This document shows, one piece after another, positions 12,311-28,028 of a stretch of DNA of 64,000 bases. Made by a program: the position numbers and the translations under genes. The notes under the pieces are model-generated. The model made no database searches. It was not told the origin of the DNA and saw only the letters and a list, made by a program, of their open reading frames with translations. Numbering within the stretch: position 1 is the stretch's first letter; every line of letters starts with the position of its first letter. Source of the DNA: Balanoglossus misakiensis (lineage: Eukaryota; Animalia; Hemichordata); the NCBI GenBank assembly GCA_040954595.2, contig CM082588.2:4714156-4778155 (forward strand), read 5' to 3'.

Positions 12311-15300
12311 AACCGGTCGAATTCTTAATCGTGAATGTCCGAGTGCGCGATTTGGTAACTTCGATTTCATTCGCGATAAGCTGTATACAGCATCTTAATG
12401 GGTTCGTCACGTGTAAGGCCTAAGAGATCCCCTCCTCTCGCTATGCCAAGACTTCAAAAATTCAATATTTAAGAGTCATTACATGCACGTACACAAGGGA
12501 AATCCACAGCGGAAACAACGTGAAACCCCAGAGCTGCTCTCATTGTAGCGTTGTCGAGAGCCACATCCGATGTTTCACCAGTGACATTTAGCAATAATTA
12601 AACGCACTTCCCACGCTCGGTGTCGGCATTCACCTTTTTGCCAGAGAGAAAATAATGCGAAAAGGAGATTATTTAAATGGCACATTTAGTATTGGAATAA
12701 AACTTTAGCAACAAGACTACGAATGTTCATATGACATACCCAGTAGCCAATCACAGTGATCCACAGTTCGATGAACCAATCAGATGTCAGATTTCATAAT
12801 ATTTTCAAAATATACATGTACCCGGATTTTAAAAATTAAATGAATCTACCATATAGCATTCAGTCATTCCAATAAGGCCTAAGTGCCAAACGTGGGCCTA
12901 TAATGTACCGAACGACTAGAAGACTCCCCGAAGAATTGCCTGCTAATTATTTATATTTGTACCAGCAGCTGAACAAGCCAGATTAATCGCTGCGATAATC
13001 TTCCATGTTATAGTCCGATAATCCGATATCCGTGCCGATATGACCGACTGAAGGTGTTCTAAGGTGTCCCTAGGATATCGTATGTGAAGACGGAAACTAG
13101 CGAGGATGATCCGATCACGTTACTGCCGTGTGTATTGATGCGGATCGCGATTGGATGTTGGTTTAATATTACACGTCTACATCGGTGACTGCGAGATCGC
13201 AGAAGAGTACAATTTGTTCAAGATATATCTAAGACTAGCTGAACCAACTTGAAATGCCAATAACGGCGGGTAGATTGCAGCGGGATGCTAGACATGTCGC
13301 CAGTTATAATAAAAGAAAGATTTCTACAATGAGAATACAGAAGTCAGTTGATTAAACGTTGCGATTTGAATGTAAATTGAAATGTTAGGTCCTACAGGGA
13401 AATAATTGGTAAAGATTTGTCCTATTGCAACAAATTACTTTTTTGGGCAAATATTGCTTTTCATTAGACTAAAATACGTGTAGAATGAATGTTTTGGAGT
13501 ATTTTAGATGATTTGAAAGGCTTGTTGAATGATCCAACCGACGTGCACGACTGTTTGAGGGGGGGGGGGGGCAAAAGCGTGAACTGAGATACAGAACGTA
13601 CAGTTATTCCAAGTCTCGGAAACATGAAATCTTCGAAAGATGTCCGTGTTCTCCACCGGTTTTTTTCTTAGTGGATGAATGTAACTCCTAAGATTTTTTG
13701 CCTATGCACGAAATTTGCCCCATCATGCCCCAGGGTTGCAGACACTATACAATTTCCTACATCGGAAGACCCCCTCTGGTGCAGATGCTTTGTTGTGTAT
13801 ACACCTGTCGGCCATTCATCTGGAAAACACATTCGGCATTTTTTGTAACTGTGGCCTTTACGACGAATTCAATATCTGCGAAAAATCCACTAAACGGCTC
13901 ACGGCGCGCGGCTTTTTCTCTAATATACCCACCGCAAATTACCGTTCCCCAATGCCAAGTCCGACCTTCTGCGCACGCTCGATTGCACTGTACGTCATCT
14001 GTGCGTGCTTCGTCGCCCGTATCCATGGTTACAGCATCGACATTAAGTTAATTACATGTTGCTAGCTGTACCCCAGTTCAGCCACTTGCAATTTCAGCGA
14101 CATTGGTGTCTTTTCTTCGCTTAAACACCAACTGTTATCAGTTTTTTGGGCGAAAAAATCAAATTACTGTTTAATAAAGGATGATTGCCAAATCTCATTT
14201 TCGTATATAGAAGCTTTCATCAGCGCTATTTTCCCTCCAAGGACCCGATGTATTTTCCCTTACTTTAAGACAAAATCAATACTGGCTTATATTAGATTGA
14301 ACTGATATCAGTCTGCCCGGGGCTGTCAGCGTTGAAATATCTACTTCCGCCGAGAATAGACAGACCTTCGGTTCTTTGTATTGGATTAATGCTTTTCGTC
14401 GTCTTTTATTTGGTTTGTGTTTATATATGTGTATGTCTGTCTGTCTGTCTGTATGTATGTATGTATCGAAAGCTTAGTGAAAATACTATATATACAGATG
14501 ATAGCAGTGTGTCACCAAATTTTGATACTTGCATATTACAAACATTACAAACATATATATATTATATATATATAATACATGAACGCATAACGTGATACGT
14601 TACTCGTAGACAGTAAACGGGACTACTGTTTGATTGCATTTATTGGCAAAAAGTGGTTTTGAAAAGCAATTCGGTTTGTGTTTGAGAAAAGATAACGCCG
14701 TAGTCAAATGTTTGTTTGACCTTTTAATAACTGTGCTCCTTCTATTCATTTTCAGGTGACCATGACCTCTTTTCAGTAAACGCCCAAGTGCGTTCATTTT
14801 GCAATCCAGCAAAGAATGCAGGCGATGAATAAAAATTTATTCAAGCTTAGCCAATGTTAAGATTATTAGGGAGTTACTTAATTCTGTAAACCTACAGCGG
14901 GTAAAAATCCCAAATGTTGGATTCGAAGGAATCTATACTGTCGCGAAATCTGTTGGAATAGGCTGCGATTCTACATATCGCTTCAAGTCATATTAAGTAT
15001 CAAGTTATCGCCTCGAAAATCAGTCTTAAACCTTTTCTCATATTTTGCACCAGTTTCATGCTAAAATGTTAAAGTCATTATATTCGCGTAGCACGGCAGC
15101 ACATTACGTCACGTCACATAATGTCACATCATATCTCATGTCACATCACATGTATTGCAGGTTTCTTACGATTGTCTAATAGTTGCTCGAAATAAGAGCA
15201 TTAGATTTTCAGTCTCGCGGTCTGATATGTGATTAGGGATACATTCAGGAAGCCGTGTAAAATTTCAAGCGTCCCAGCAATCCGATCATTCTTCTGTCGA

Positions 15301-16433
15301 CCGAACGCGCAATTGGTCACGTAGAGCACAACTCAAATGTCAGGTGAACCCGCCGCACTGACGTACCAAATAAACTCATTTCTGATATGCCGGACGTAGA
15401 TTTTTGTTACATTTTGATAAAAACAGTATGGTGAAAAAGGGTACACTCAATACTATTATGGTTGTGTGTGTGCGTGTGTCCGTCTGTCTGTCTGTCTGTA
15501 ATCATGTATGTATGTTAGAAATTACAATATTTTTGCTTTCTATCTCAAAAAACATGTTCTCAGTCATTGATAGCTACCTGCACGTCACAAAAAATGCACA
15601 CGACGAACGGCATCGGACTTTTCCCGGAATAACTCACGTTATATCACTCTAACAAGGGACTTCATTGCTGTGTTATATGGTTTCAAAGTTGGAGAAAATT
15701 TCCAAGGTTCTAATTATCACGTCTTTGAAATCCAATCCACATGTCAACATTGTTCTTCTCAGTTCGTTCGGACGGAATTTGAAGGGGGGGGGGGGGGGGG
15801 GGGGGTTGAGAGCCGGTTCACCGAAAGATTAAAACATTGTTCATATGTCATAGTAGCCGTATCACGCATCGTGACTTTGTCATTAGCGATCTCTGAGTGA
15901 TACACATGCCTCACGTATCTCCTGAATATCAACGAATCCCGATCGCTCGCTACTCGATTTCAAATGCAATAAAGTTCGATGCTATCGCCCTTTTCGTCAC
16001 CTTGAACAAACCTATCCAATTTTCCCCCCTCCCTTGCCGCGTTTCCAGAATGATTATTTATGACAATACCGTTTTTTTTTTGCATCTGCGGAAGGGAAAT
16101 TTGTGAAATGTGCATTACACTGCTTGTGGTCTGATATCAACGTGATACAAACGGGTCACGTGATCAGCGCGGATGAATATGTTTCACGGTTGGCCTCAGC
16201 AAAGAGGAACCTTGTTCGGCGTGATCAGGTATTTCGGAGAAACAAACTGAGAGCAAATAACCCCAAACACGAAACCTTTTTCATTCGAAATGCGTCCAAC
16301 AGACTAAACCCAATAGAATGACAGTTAAAGAAACAAATGCAGCACAATAACAAAATAACAAGACAAAATGTGATGTACACGACACTCAATGAACCTCCAT
16401 CCCTTTTAGTAAGTGGTAAAATCTACGATACAC

Positions 16434-16439
16434 TTTATT
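16434..16439 (-). terminator. Candidate polyadenylation signal of FoxO
   Basis: tttatt on + (AATAAA on -), with a GU/U-rich downstream stretch on - at about 16330-16375 (TTTTGTCTTGTTATTTTGTTATTGTG). Lies near the switch from CpG-poor to CpG-rich sequence. Confidence 0.4.
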
Positions 16440-19400
16440 TCGCTGTCTTCAAATTAAAGTGAACTTTCTTTTTCGATGGCCAACAAAACCACTTGAACTT
16501 TCATCGGAAAATTGAAGCCACATAATTTCATCGAACAGGAAAATTGCTCCTCAAGTATAAAACTGCTTTAGTAAAAACTCGGTTCTAATTTAATCCAAGT
16601 GGGGAAAGGGTCATGCATGTAATTAAGGTACATGGATTGTTGAGTGTACTGCAATTGCAGAGAATTTGTTGTCTTCCGCACAAATTGTCTATTTTACTTT
16701 GAGTCAGTTAGTCACAGTCATTTGTTTGACAGCTTATGTCAAATGGGAATGTTGGGATAGAATAAAAACACACACACAAAAACTAATTCAAATATCTTGA
16801 TAGACTTTTATATAGAACTCTCTGAATTCAGAAAGTACAAGTATAAATGGTTTCCAAGGATACATAGGGAAAGGCAATACTATTATTATTGTGATTTGTT
16901 GGCAATATATACAAGCAGCGCTAGTGTTCAAGAGAATTTGACCTTTGAACTACGGCCTAATAAATTCATCACCAAATCATAATACAACACTGACTGTAAT
17001 AAGATTCACAAATTTGTGGGTTTTGGAGAAAGAACGCCTCTATCCCAAAGATAACTGATTCTGTGTGATAGGAATACAGTAATTCACAAACTGCCAACAC
17101 TAGAAAACATGTTTAGGGATCAATAATTCTTGTCCCTTGGTTTCAAACATTGGAATAAGTTGGAACACAGAACAGACACGTCACTACAATACATTCTTGA
17201 GCGATTTGCTCATATGTGTAGTCACATGCGGCAGCCATGTTGAAAATACATTAGACAAGATGGCAGCCATTTTGAATATATAATTAATGCATGGCAGCCA
17301 TATTGAATATGCAACTCTACCTATGGTTCCCACACTGAACTTGTGCGAGTGTCGGGCTACAGTCACAGGAATCATTTCATATGGAAGCCATGCATCACAA
17401 CATAAAATTTAAATGATTTCAATTTTGCCTTTGATCAATGAAAGATTTGAAAGTCACTTTTACAAATAAGTAAATCATTTTTAATTTGTGGCAATTACTG
17501 GATGTCAATGCAATGGCAACCATGATCAATCTATGTACACTATCACACAAGTCCCACATATGATAGCTTAATTTTATGCCACTGAAAATTTATGTGAAAC
17601 CAGGATTCTTCAGGAAAAATATTAGGGACTCAAAAACAGTAGGTTTCAGTAAACAAGATCGGGTCTCTTCCCAAATAATAATAATAATAATTATAATGAT
17701 TCAAAGGTACCATCTACAAAAGCTCAGCCGTAGAGCTAGCCAAATACCAAAGCGAGATTGTTTTTTTTTCCAACACTTGAAAAGAAAAGGAAAAAATTAA
17801 AATTATTCTGATAAATTATACAATTTTATTATCTCTCTAATATGATCCAATTTAAAAGAAATGTGATACTTCAAACTCCTCGTCCATGTATAGGAGCACT
17901 TTCTATTCAGGGAACAAAAAATAAAATTAAATTTCATGACATGTGTCTTTTATCTAATAGAAAAGAAGCACACACACACTAGTTTTACAAAGCTACATGA
18001 TAAAATGAAGAGTTGGATAATACCTATATAAATGTCAGTCCATTGATTAATAAAAAAATGTCCATTTTCAATGTTCACTAAATACAGAAAAAGTAATAAC
18101 AATAATGATACTGTTTTGACCTGTTTTCTTCTTCTTATAATTATCTCATAACAGGAACCTGTAAAAAGTTAAAACCAAGGCTGGAAAGTCCACAATATGT
18201 TCGTCAGACTATTGGATATACATGGATGAAACGGTATAGTAGGCTAAGAGGAACTTCAGAGAATATAATAACCATGAAAATGACCAAATTTACCCAAACA
18301 TACCCAACTACAAATAATAGTTGTGCCTATTTTAATAGGCATATGATCCCCTTCAATGTACAAATCCCCAACTGATTTTTCAAGAAATCTATATTTTATT
18401 AATACACCAAGTGAATATTTGTTCATAATACTATCACATTCATATGATCATGAAGATGACAGTATTTCCCCTCGTTTTATAAACCTAAACAAAGTCCTAT
18501 CAATATGAACACTCCAATCTGATCAAGCGATGGGGATGAACTTTGACCCAAGAAAAGTCCCAAAAAGCAACACTGGTTCACCCCACAATACAACAGCTGC
18601 TGTGAACAACGGATTAAGCTTTTAAAAAAAAACTTTCAAAATATCTAAATTGAATACACCGTACTTGTGGAAATGTTTCAACTGTGAGAGTAACAGAAAA
18701 CACATTTCTTTCTTCTTAATTATTAAGACACATCGATATCAATCAAAGGTGAAATTTCTAGGAAATTTGTTTTTTTGTGCGTTTTGCACTTTGCAACTTT
18801 ATGACCCCGTAATGATTGTCCTCAATGTTGATGTTGATTGACAGAGCCATATGGTCAACCCCCCACCGTCATCCGCCGGAAAAAGTGAATCATTATTTCT
18901 GTGGGCTCCATCCACGTCAGTACATTCTGTTGTCAACTTTTGACAATTTCCTTCAAAACTGATGATTTCAGACAAAATGTAACTGAAGTCAGCATTTGTT
19001 GGTGCATCAGTTAAGTGACCTTCTATTTTTTATAAGAAAGGGATCGTTTTCCCTTTTGGACATTTTTTATAACAAATGTGTACATGTTGAAATGAAACTA
19101 TAGAACATCTACAGAAAAAAATCATGGTACATTCCCGATACTACACCACACAAACCCTTATGTAATATTTATCAGCTGACTTGTACCTCTTCCCCCTCTT
19201 TCCCACAATGGAATGGTCCACCTATTGAAAATTTACAGCTACGTGAAAACACTTCCATTTTAATATAAAGTTATACTAAATATATTCATTTCAGCACCAC
19301 AAAACTAGAAGCACTAACACAGGGAAGGCAAACTTGAACCAACAGGGTGTGCCAAGACTTTTTTTCTAAAGGAAGAAGAACAAATATGTACAAGAAAGGA

Positions 19401-22199
19401 ATCCCTGATTGGATGTCAAATTTCGTACGCCCATGACTGGGTGTCCAATCAGCATGGAGTATTCCTAAATATGCAGCACATGGTAGCCAATCATACTTCC
19501 CTGCCAGATGTGTAAAAACTTTCAGTAGTTGCTGAAAGGTTTGTCTCCTGAATTCTGTTTTATAAACAATGCTAGTCTGAACAGTTACAAAAACACTGGG
19601 TTCCCCAGATGGCACTAAGCTGTGACAAAGGATCAGCTATGTCCGGTTCTAGGGACGAACACACGAAACATTATCAGCTGCCAAGCAAATACTAAATAAT
19701 GCCTGCTGTTCTGAACATCTACCTTTGACCTCAGAGTGCCCTTTGACCCCAGAGAGCACTGTGACACACAGGATGCCTACACCTGAGGACATCCCCTGTG
19801 GGTGGCAACTGATTTGGACGCAAGTCACCGACATAAAATTTTCACAAACCTCTGGTATTCATCCTCAGCGTTTTGTTTGTATACTAGAAAATAACAGCAA
19901 AGCATCAACATATTGAAAACAAGTCAATTGTACACGTGAATTAACAATTTGGGATTTTTGCTACTTCCTACCAAACGCTGTGGTAAATTCAAACTGCTGT
20001 TCTTGGTTTTAGAAAGCCAAAATTATCATGAATGCTGTCGTTATGATTTCAGGTCAAATTATGTCACCCATACTTCAGTCCCCATTGAATATTTACAGAA
20101 ACTTGGTTTCCAACTCCCCCACACCCAATTTGGTTCAAATTGTCAATCTTCACAATTCCATACACAAAATGTACAGCAGACAAACTCTTTAAAAAGCTAT
20201 AACTGCATTTTGGGGGAATATTTGGCAATTTCTGAAAGCCATTACAATAAATAATCTTGATAATACACTTGATTATGTATTAAAAAACATACAGGCCTGA
20301 ATTTGTATGCAATTCTTACAAGTCAACAAAACAACTGTCGAGACTCATGCAATGGAAAATTCCACACCAACACTTCAGCCAGCTACAAAGTCCACCATGG
20401 TACAAAGTGCATTTTTTTTAAATATCCAAAAGAACTACATGATTGCTGATTTTCCACGGAAACTGACAATTTTGGCCTCCGCTGTTCAGCTGAGAAATAA
20501 ACTCCAACTAAACAGGAAACTTTATTAATTGCTGGAATTTACGGGGGGTCAAAGTTCGGAAGGTCATCCTGGCACCCGGTCATGAAGTGCAGAGTTTACT
20601 GTGTCCTAATATGGCCAGGCTGCCCTCCAACTCTCAATGCTGAGGTCCTTCCCGATAATGAGGTCACTGCCGATAACCCAATCATTGACTATTGTTAAAA
20701 CTTGCCAGCAAAGGTTGCAAGGCCGGTCTGATTGACATTCCAAACGCTGGCAACCAATGTCAGATCTATTTCAGATTCAGCCTCAGGGCTATCTCCTATC
20801 CAAGGGCGACGTGAAACAATGCAAGTCTCCATGACACAGGTGTTGAAAATGCGGCAGATGGCACGAGTTAATTTGGCTGGGACTCTCTAATGGCAGTAAC
20901 GCATTCAAATTCCTCGCTTATCTCGTATCTATCAAACATGCCCTCTTGTCTGTCTACCAGAGCATGACATCAGCCTGCATTCACAATCCAAAAACAGACC
21001 CCCCAAAACAGACAATAACTGCGAGCAACTTCAAAGCAATCAACTTTTGAGACATTTGGCTTCATGTTGGTGCTTTGCTACTAAAATATCTTGAATCATC
21101 ACTGATAAACTTGCACACCCTTGTGTGACATGTCTTGTGAATCATTTCTTGCGATTTCAGGTACTGATAAAAAAATTGTGCCATGGAAATATGTGGTGAT
21201 ATGTCTACAAGAAGTGTGACAGGAAGGCCCAAGCTAATATCAAGTGAACACATCACATCTCAGAGTACAGACCACCGCATATACATGCACTTTCCCCACA
21301 GAGGGCAAATTTATCAATTAATGTCAACATGATAGCCACTTTAGTCACTTAAAGAACCCTTTCACCACAATGGGTGGGGGAGAGGGTGAGAGGGTTAAGA
21401 TGTCATAGGATTGCCTACTCAACAGTATGTTTTGTGTTGCGCCGATTAAAAAGCAAAACGATGGGACAGACCCTTTAAAAATGTCTTGCACTTTTGACAA
21501 GACAGGTATTACACAAGAGCTGGCCTGCCTTAGTCACTTGGTGACGTAGCAAACAAAATCAGAAATTTTGCAAGTCATATCATGGTTGCTGCAGCCTTAG
21601 TGTTTTGAAGTTTGGATCAGAATTCCATGCATTTCAAGTCCTGCTGATTCCTTGCAATCCAAAATAATTCCCCCCTGAGGATGAATCCAGGGCTGGTCAC
21701 ATTCCTACACCCACTACACAACACCCAATTTTAGTCAAAATAAACCAAGTCCAGTTTCAGTCCACAGACACTGGTTCGTCTTAATTCCCGCTGTTAGCTT
21801 TAAAACTTTACAAGAAATACACTATATACACATGACAATTTAAAACAATAAAATAAAACTTTCTTCTTATGTGTTTTTTTTCTCTTCAGATTATACTTCG
21901 ATCAGAATGTCCTATAGACTGGAATCTACAATGGTTATATACCTAGGGTAAATTCAAGCTTGATTACAAAAATAAAGTTACAATTTAACAAGTAGGTAAC
22001 AATTGTAATAACTCTCTCTGTCTCCTTTTGCAGGTACTCTGTTCATTGTCACAAAATAGAGGCCGAAAGAAGCCCTTTCAATTATCATGTTGGATTCTTT
22101 TTCTTTATACATTTCTCTTCTCTCATCTCGGTTCGTTTGGCAGTTCTTGATTCAGCTTTCTCGTAGAACTGTGCACACAACAACACACTTCGACTAAAC
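16434..22199 (-). other. FoxO: Putative terminal non-coding (3'UTR) exon of FoxO
   Basis: Strong minus-strand acceptor CTTTCTTTTCCTCTTGATCTTGCAG|G at 22200-22224 pairs with a GTAAGT donor 32 nt after the FoxO stop (42334-42339). The region is U-rich on the minus strand with five TGTANATA motifs, and ends at AATAAA 16434-16439 followed by a GU-rich tract. Confidence 0.55.
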
Positions 22200-25100
22200 C
22201 TGCAAGATCAAGAGGAAAAGAAAGCTGATTATTACAGGGTGCATCTAAACAGATAACCTCACTCTGAACGAGAAGACATTAAACGAGATCCCGTCTAAAA
22301 AATAGCAGCATGGGAGTCCATCACGGAAAGTGGACGAAATGCCTAGGGAGTTCTCCATAATTCCAATCTAATGTACAAGTACTTGTGAACTTCAGAAAGC
22401 ATGCATCATTAATAATATGACAAGTTCCGAAGCACTAGAAAACATGCAGGATATCCGAAGTTTTCTGACTTCACGCAGACCTTTCAAAGGCTTCTACATC
22501 CATCACGGACGTGATTCCCCACTCCCAAATGTTTCAGAATCTGGATAGAAAAGATACTGTTGGAGTCCTGCTTTGTCATGTCACCCTTCATTCACACACA
22601 TTCACCAGTGAAAATACAGGAGACTATGAATCTAAAACCACCACATAGCACTGCACACACAATTTCCAAATCTGAACACCTATCACCAGAACAGAAATAT
22701 ATGTACAATGAACTGACACACTACCAAGCTGCGTTCATGACTTGTTTCCTACCCATTTCAAGCTTGCGGAGGTGGGACTCAGACCATGATATAATGAGCC
22801 AATCAATAGCTCATTATCCAAGGGGGGGGGGGACCACCCATTAACACAAAATTGTTAATATTTAAATTATGTGACAGTGATGGTGACCACAGTGCATCTG
22901 TGAAACACTACAGTGTCACAGTGACAGACCCAAAGCAAATATTGTCAAGACTGTTCAGATCTCAAAGACAGAGGCTCTTCCTATCATTGACCACAGCTAG
23001 TCTTTTGGCGTCATAGTGCTCCCTTGTACTGTATATAATGCACCCAACTTGACTAAGTAAAGAATGATGTTGGAAAAAAATTAACTTTCACGACTGAGAT
23101 GAGTTACATCATCGTCATACAAATCCCACTGTAACTACAATCGACCAGCTTGGCTGCCATGGAAACGCCGCAACGACACTCAGAAAGCAGGCTGCAAAAC
23201 GAGTCTATTCAACAGGTCAGCCATTTAAGTACATGTACCATTCCATTCAGGTAACCATGGAAACCTTTATGACAGCCTGAAATCAGACACTGCTACTGTA
23301 ATATAACAGTATGGTGATGTCATCGCTGCAAAAAGCGACATCTAGCTGGTGGCCGGCATATTTGGTGCCATATGTTTAGATGATTATTCGCCCCATCCCT
23401 CCATCTTCTATTCATATATAGCAAGCCAATATAAAAATGAACAGTTTGGGTTTTCCGGAACTAACACATAATCTTCATTTTAATACACAGGTTTGGATGA
23501 CTGCATACAAAAACTCAGCAGTTGACCTATTTTCGCGAGTAAGCTCCTGGTAACGTGACAACCTGTGTCGTCGCAATATTATTACCACGTGTACATTACA
23601 CCACTGCGGCATATGGCTGTCGACAAATTTCAGTGAATATTGCTTTCACGGCGATGTAGGGCAAGTAAACATTTGATCGTTAAGAGCCCTAAGATCATAC
23701 CAGAAATAGCGAATGAATACCTCACTACTGTTACAAGGACAAAGATACCCAAATTCACCCTTAGTGGCCATGTTACCGTATTCAAGATTTTTGTTACCAG
23801 AACTAGTGATCAATACAAACCAGCAAAAGGGCATCAGCTATAACAGTCATTATGGGTACAACCTAGATAATAATTCTGTTGTTTTCATCAGATAGCTCCT
23901 GATTATTTGGAAATATGACACACAATTTATGTTAGAATACAAGATCACTATTTATCGAGTTACGCTGCCGATAATCTAATAAGTCACCAACTGATAAACC
24001 AATCACCAGGGGAGAAATTCCTTTCCCTTGAACATAATAAGCTGATAACTTTCTATTTCTGTGTGACAACAAAAAATCGACCTTGACCATGCACTACGTG
24101 AATTGAAAGTCTGGAGATATGTTCCACTTCAACATGCCAGGGCAGAATAACGATTGCGATGTCAGGCTGTTCGCGGGCATAGACTTCAAGGGCTGGTGGG
24201 TAAATCACCATGACAACACGCTGACTTGTCCATCACATTATACACCCTGTGACTATCTTTATCCTATCTAATCACTTATAACCCACCCCTGGGACTGGGG
24301 GCCAAGGAAAGGCATGCCTCACTGGTCAGGCACCAGTCCAAGTCCGAATTCTGTCCATTAAAAAAATACGGTTGATGTCCCGAATTGATGACCCCCTTCA
24401 CTGGGGGTGGGGGGAGTATGATATCAACACGCTACCACTCAGTGTCGACCAAAGCTTTTTCTGGAACATTATCTAGTGACAGGGTTTTGGGGTCATTTCA
24501 CCAAATTCTAAACACACCATTAGAAATCTCATATTTGAGAAAACAATCACATTTATCCTTATTTACCAGGACATATCCATTGTCAACGTTCTGAAATAGG
24601 GAAACAAATTTCCAGATGTCATACAAACCTGGTATCATTTAGTCGGACCCTTTTCAATTCAGATACTGGTTGTTTTTCAACAGATGAAAAGTGTGACCAC
24701 GGGTTCAACATGGCACATATCATGTTTGGGTCAACGCCTGCCACAAGCACTGTGACAGAGCTTAGGTCCCACTGTTTATGAGTGACACAGATGTATTGGG
24801 GGAAAAATTATAAATTCTCTGGTCCAAAGAGGACATGTCATTAACCTCTGGACAACTTATAGTTTCATGTTCATAACACATCAGCAGGACGCCGAGGTAT
24901 TCACTCAAGATTCTATTTAGCAAATTGACCTTTTTGTACGGCAAGGGCCATGTTTTCAATGGTTGCCGGCAGTAACTTTTAAGGTGAAGGCCAGGGTCAG
25001 GCTTTTGACTTGGAAGCCATTAACAACAATGCAACACTCTCTTTTGAAGCAGAACTCTTCGGATTAAAGCTGATAAAAGCTTGGGTAGAGGGGGGGGGGG

Positions 25101-28028
25101 GCACAGTCAAGCAGACCAATTGTTATTCAGTCTCTCTAGGGAAGGGCACAATACACTTTTTTATCGCACAAACATTCCTTAGTCAACTTGTCCTAATTAC
25201 AACAAGATAGAGAGACACACTATACCCTGGTTTAGATACCTTGGAGGCATCTCTACGTGAAAATACAACTGTACATCACGACAGTCACAGAAATCTTCTC
25301 AATGCAATCTGCCATATTGTGTGTATCCATTGAAGATGAACTCTATTTCAATCTATGAATGATGAATAAAGTCAATGCATTAATTGTTACTAAGCTCTGA
25401 TTTCAGAAATGATGTTGTTTCCTTAAATTCTTGATTTCTCTATATTCTATCCGATGTTCAAAACTATTTTTACTCTGGTAAATCAAAAGATGAAACTTTC
25501 CTAAGGATCTTTTCCACTTTTCAAAACTGAATACAACCCCTCTCTTTTCCAGTGTACAGACCCAACATATGAACACTACCGCTGTGGTCGACAGAGAATT
25601 ACATCCCGTTCTACGCATATCTTGACATTTTCCACATTTGTGTCTGAATTGACAAATGATCAAACCATCTTGATCATTATCTCCCAGTAAAAAGGTCAGG
25701 ATCTATCATGTCTTACCACAAAACCCGCACACTGAGTATGTGATATTAAGAAGATTATTTAACCCATCATAAAAACCACAACATGGCTGAATCAGCAGAA
25801 AAAAAATGCTCAACTGATTTTACCCACGGTCGACAGGGCAATACCGTTTCATATGCATTGTAACGAGGTTCATTGAAAGCGAAATTAAAAAGATTTCTTC
25901 AGGGGATAATGATTTTACGACCCCAATTGAAAACTCTGACCTGAACTGACCTCATTTGATGAAAATATGCCTACAAGCTGCAAATCTATCAACATTTTCA
26001 TCCTCACAATAATACAAATGATTTTAGAGTTATGGGATAAGAGATTGATCGTTTTTTTTGACGTTCTTCAAGTTCCTGTTGACAGGAAAAAAGGGTTTAA
26101 CGGTAGCAATTATCGCTTTCCACTGTAAGGTTAAAGGTCAGACACAGCTATGTTCGATTCTGTGGATCTGATCATGTGACTTCTGCAGAATCAGAAGTAA
26201 CACTTTTGCTCCTGAAACCTGACCAAAGTTGTTTTTGATACGACAATTTATGCTACATAGCAAACTTCAACACCTGAACTTCTGGAAGAACGAACACAGT
26301 TCTTTTATTGTAGTCCAGCCTCCAGGCATACTTCTGCGAGTCACTGAAGCCAAAATCAAGACACGGACTGCACTCTGGTAAATAATTTCTCAACAGAAAT
26401 GACGTCTGACAATTTAACAGCACCATATTTTGACGTCAACCAACTGACAAATGACCCCTTTCAACACGATGCACTTTTTTCTTCTTCATGGCAGGGCTGG
26501 GTCCATTTTGCGGGGAATCAGCCAACTTCGCACAGAAATCTTCTTCTGCCTCGTTGCTAATGCAGTACATTTCATGTAAAATCTAAATGGACGTACTGTA
26601 GCGTGCTTGTACACCACTTAATAGCCTTTGAAGTGAGAATTGATCCGTATTGTTAAATATAGCACAAATCCATGAAATGCAAAAGCTGCAGTTTATTCTC
26701 TATGCCACCATGGAGCACGAATAATGCATCGTTTTCTCTATGACACAAATTTTTCATTTTAGAAATTTTACACAGGTGTCCACGAAAAATACGGCATTTA
26801 TATGTAAAAGAGGGCACCATCTTACAGGCTGTGATGATCACAAACGAATACAAATGGTGTGTAAAATATGGTAATCAAATTAACCCACTTTCATTTCGGC
26901 ATGGGCCGGGGGACGGAATGCAACATGAGTCTATTTTTAGTCCTACCAGAAACATGTGGGTTTACTTGCATGTACAGATGTGTACAGCCAAAACGAGCAA
27001 AGTCCACATTTTTGACTCGATAACATTACTTTAACGGCAGTATTTTTATCCTCCACACAGAATGACACCATTGTTTTTTATGTTATATATTACATGTTAT
27101 GTCTGTGAGTGGACAGTGGTAGGGCACAGAAGATCCAGGGTTCTAGCTTTTTCAAGAGTTCGCAAAGTAAACAAATCCTTTTAGAAACAAAAGAATAATA
27201 AATACATGGAAATAATTGGCATATACCAGCTTATTATGAGTATCCTGAACTTCTGATGTGGCATGAAGTGTATCACTGAAGGATTTTTCAAAACTGAATT
27301 TCAATTACAGATATAATTCACTGGCTCGAAGGGTTCCATGCTGACCTGTGTAACGTCATGGCGACCAATTCAAGTCAAACGGCCACATTAGTCTTCCGCA
27401 GTGACTATCATTCTGGGCAAAGCTTGTTGTTATGGGGGAGATATATGGAAGGTTATTTTCTGCTGTAGACCATAAGTTACCTATATTTGTACCACTGCGA
27501 CCATTGAACTACCATCTTTGTGGCACCCATCCACAGTTAGAACTAGAGCGTTGCTCTAAATTCATGGTCTTTTATTCTGAAACGGCCTTTGATTGGCAGT
27601 ATCCCTTGCATTTATTCAAGCTGTGCTTTTTGTACTGGCACACATTTTATGTTAATAATTCCAGACAGAGGTGAGAACGATGTAAAAACAATATAAAACG
27701 TCAAAGACTCGAATGAAGATGTTCTGAAACAGCACAGCGTACAGGCAAATCTAAAATGAGGTTATAGTAAGTCAATGAAGTACAGGCTTTTTTAACACAT
27801 CCATGTCATGCATGATGGTAACTGTTTTAAACAAAAGTGATGAAGAATAATAAATAGAACACCATAGAGCCCTATTTTTCTGTGAAACTTATTTTTACCA
27901 ACTGGGCAAGGCTCGTACACATTCTTGCGCTCTGCTTGGCATCTTGCGCCCCCTGGTAAAATGCAAAATCTTAAAGTATTTCATTGGACTTGGCTCTGTC
28001 TAGACACATTCGTTAATGAGTATTATAT

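Noticed and set aside
12099-12410. ORFs with HSFI/THSL repeats
   Set aside because: Artefacts of the tetranucleotide microsatellite.
21870-22034. + strand acceptor-like tracts (TTTTTCTCTTCAG, CTCCTTTTGCAG) hinting at an antisense transcript
   Set aside because: No matching donor, ORF or other support; they can arise from purine-rich minus-strand UTR sequence.
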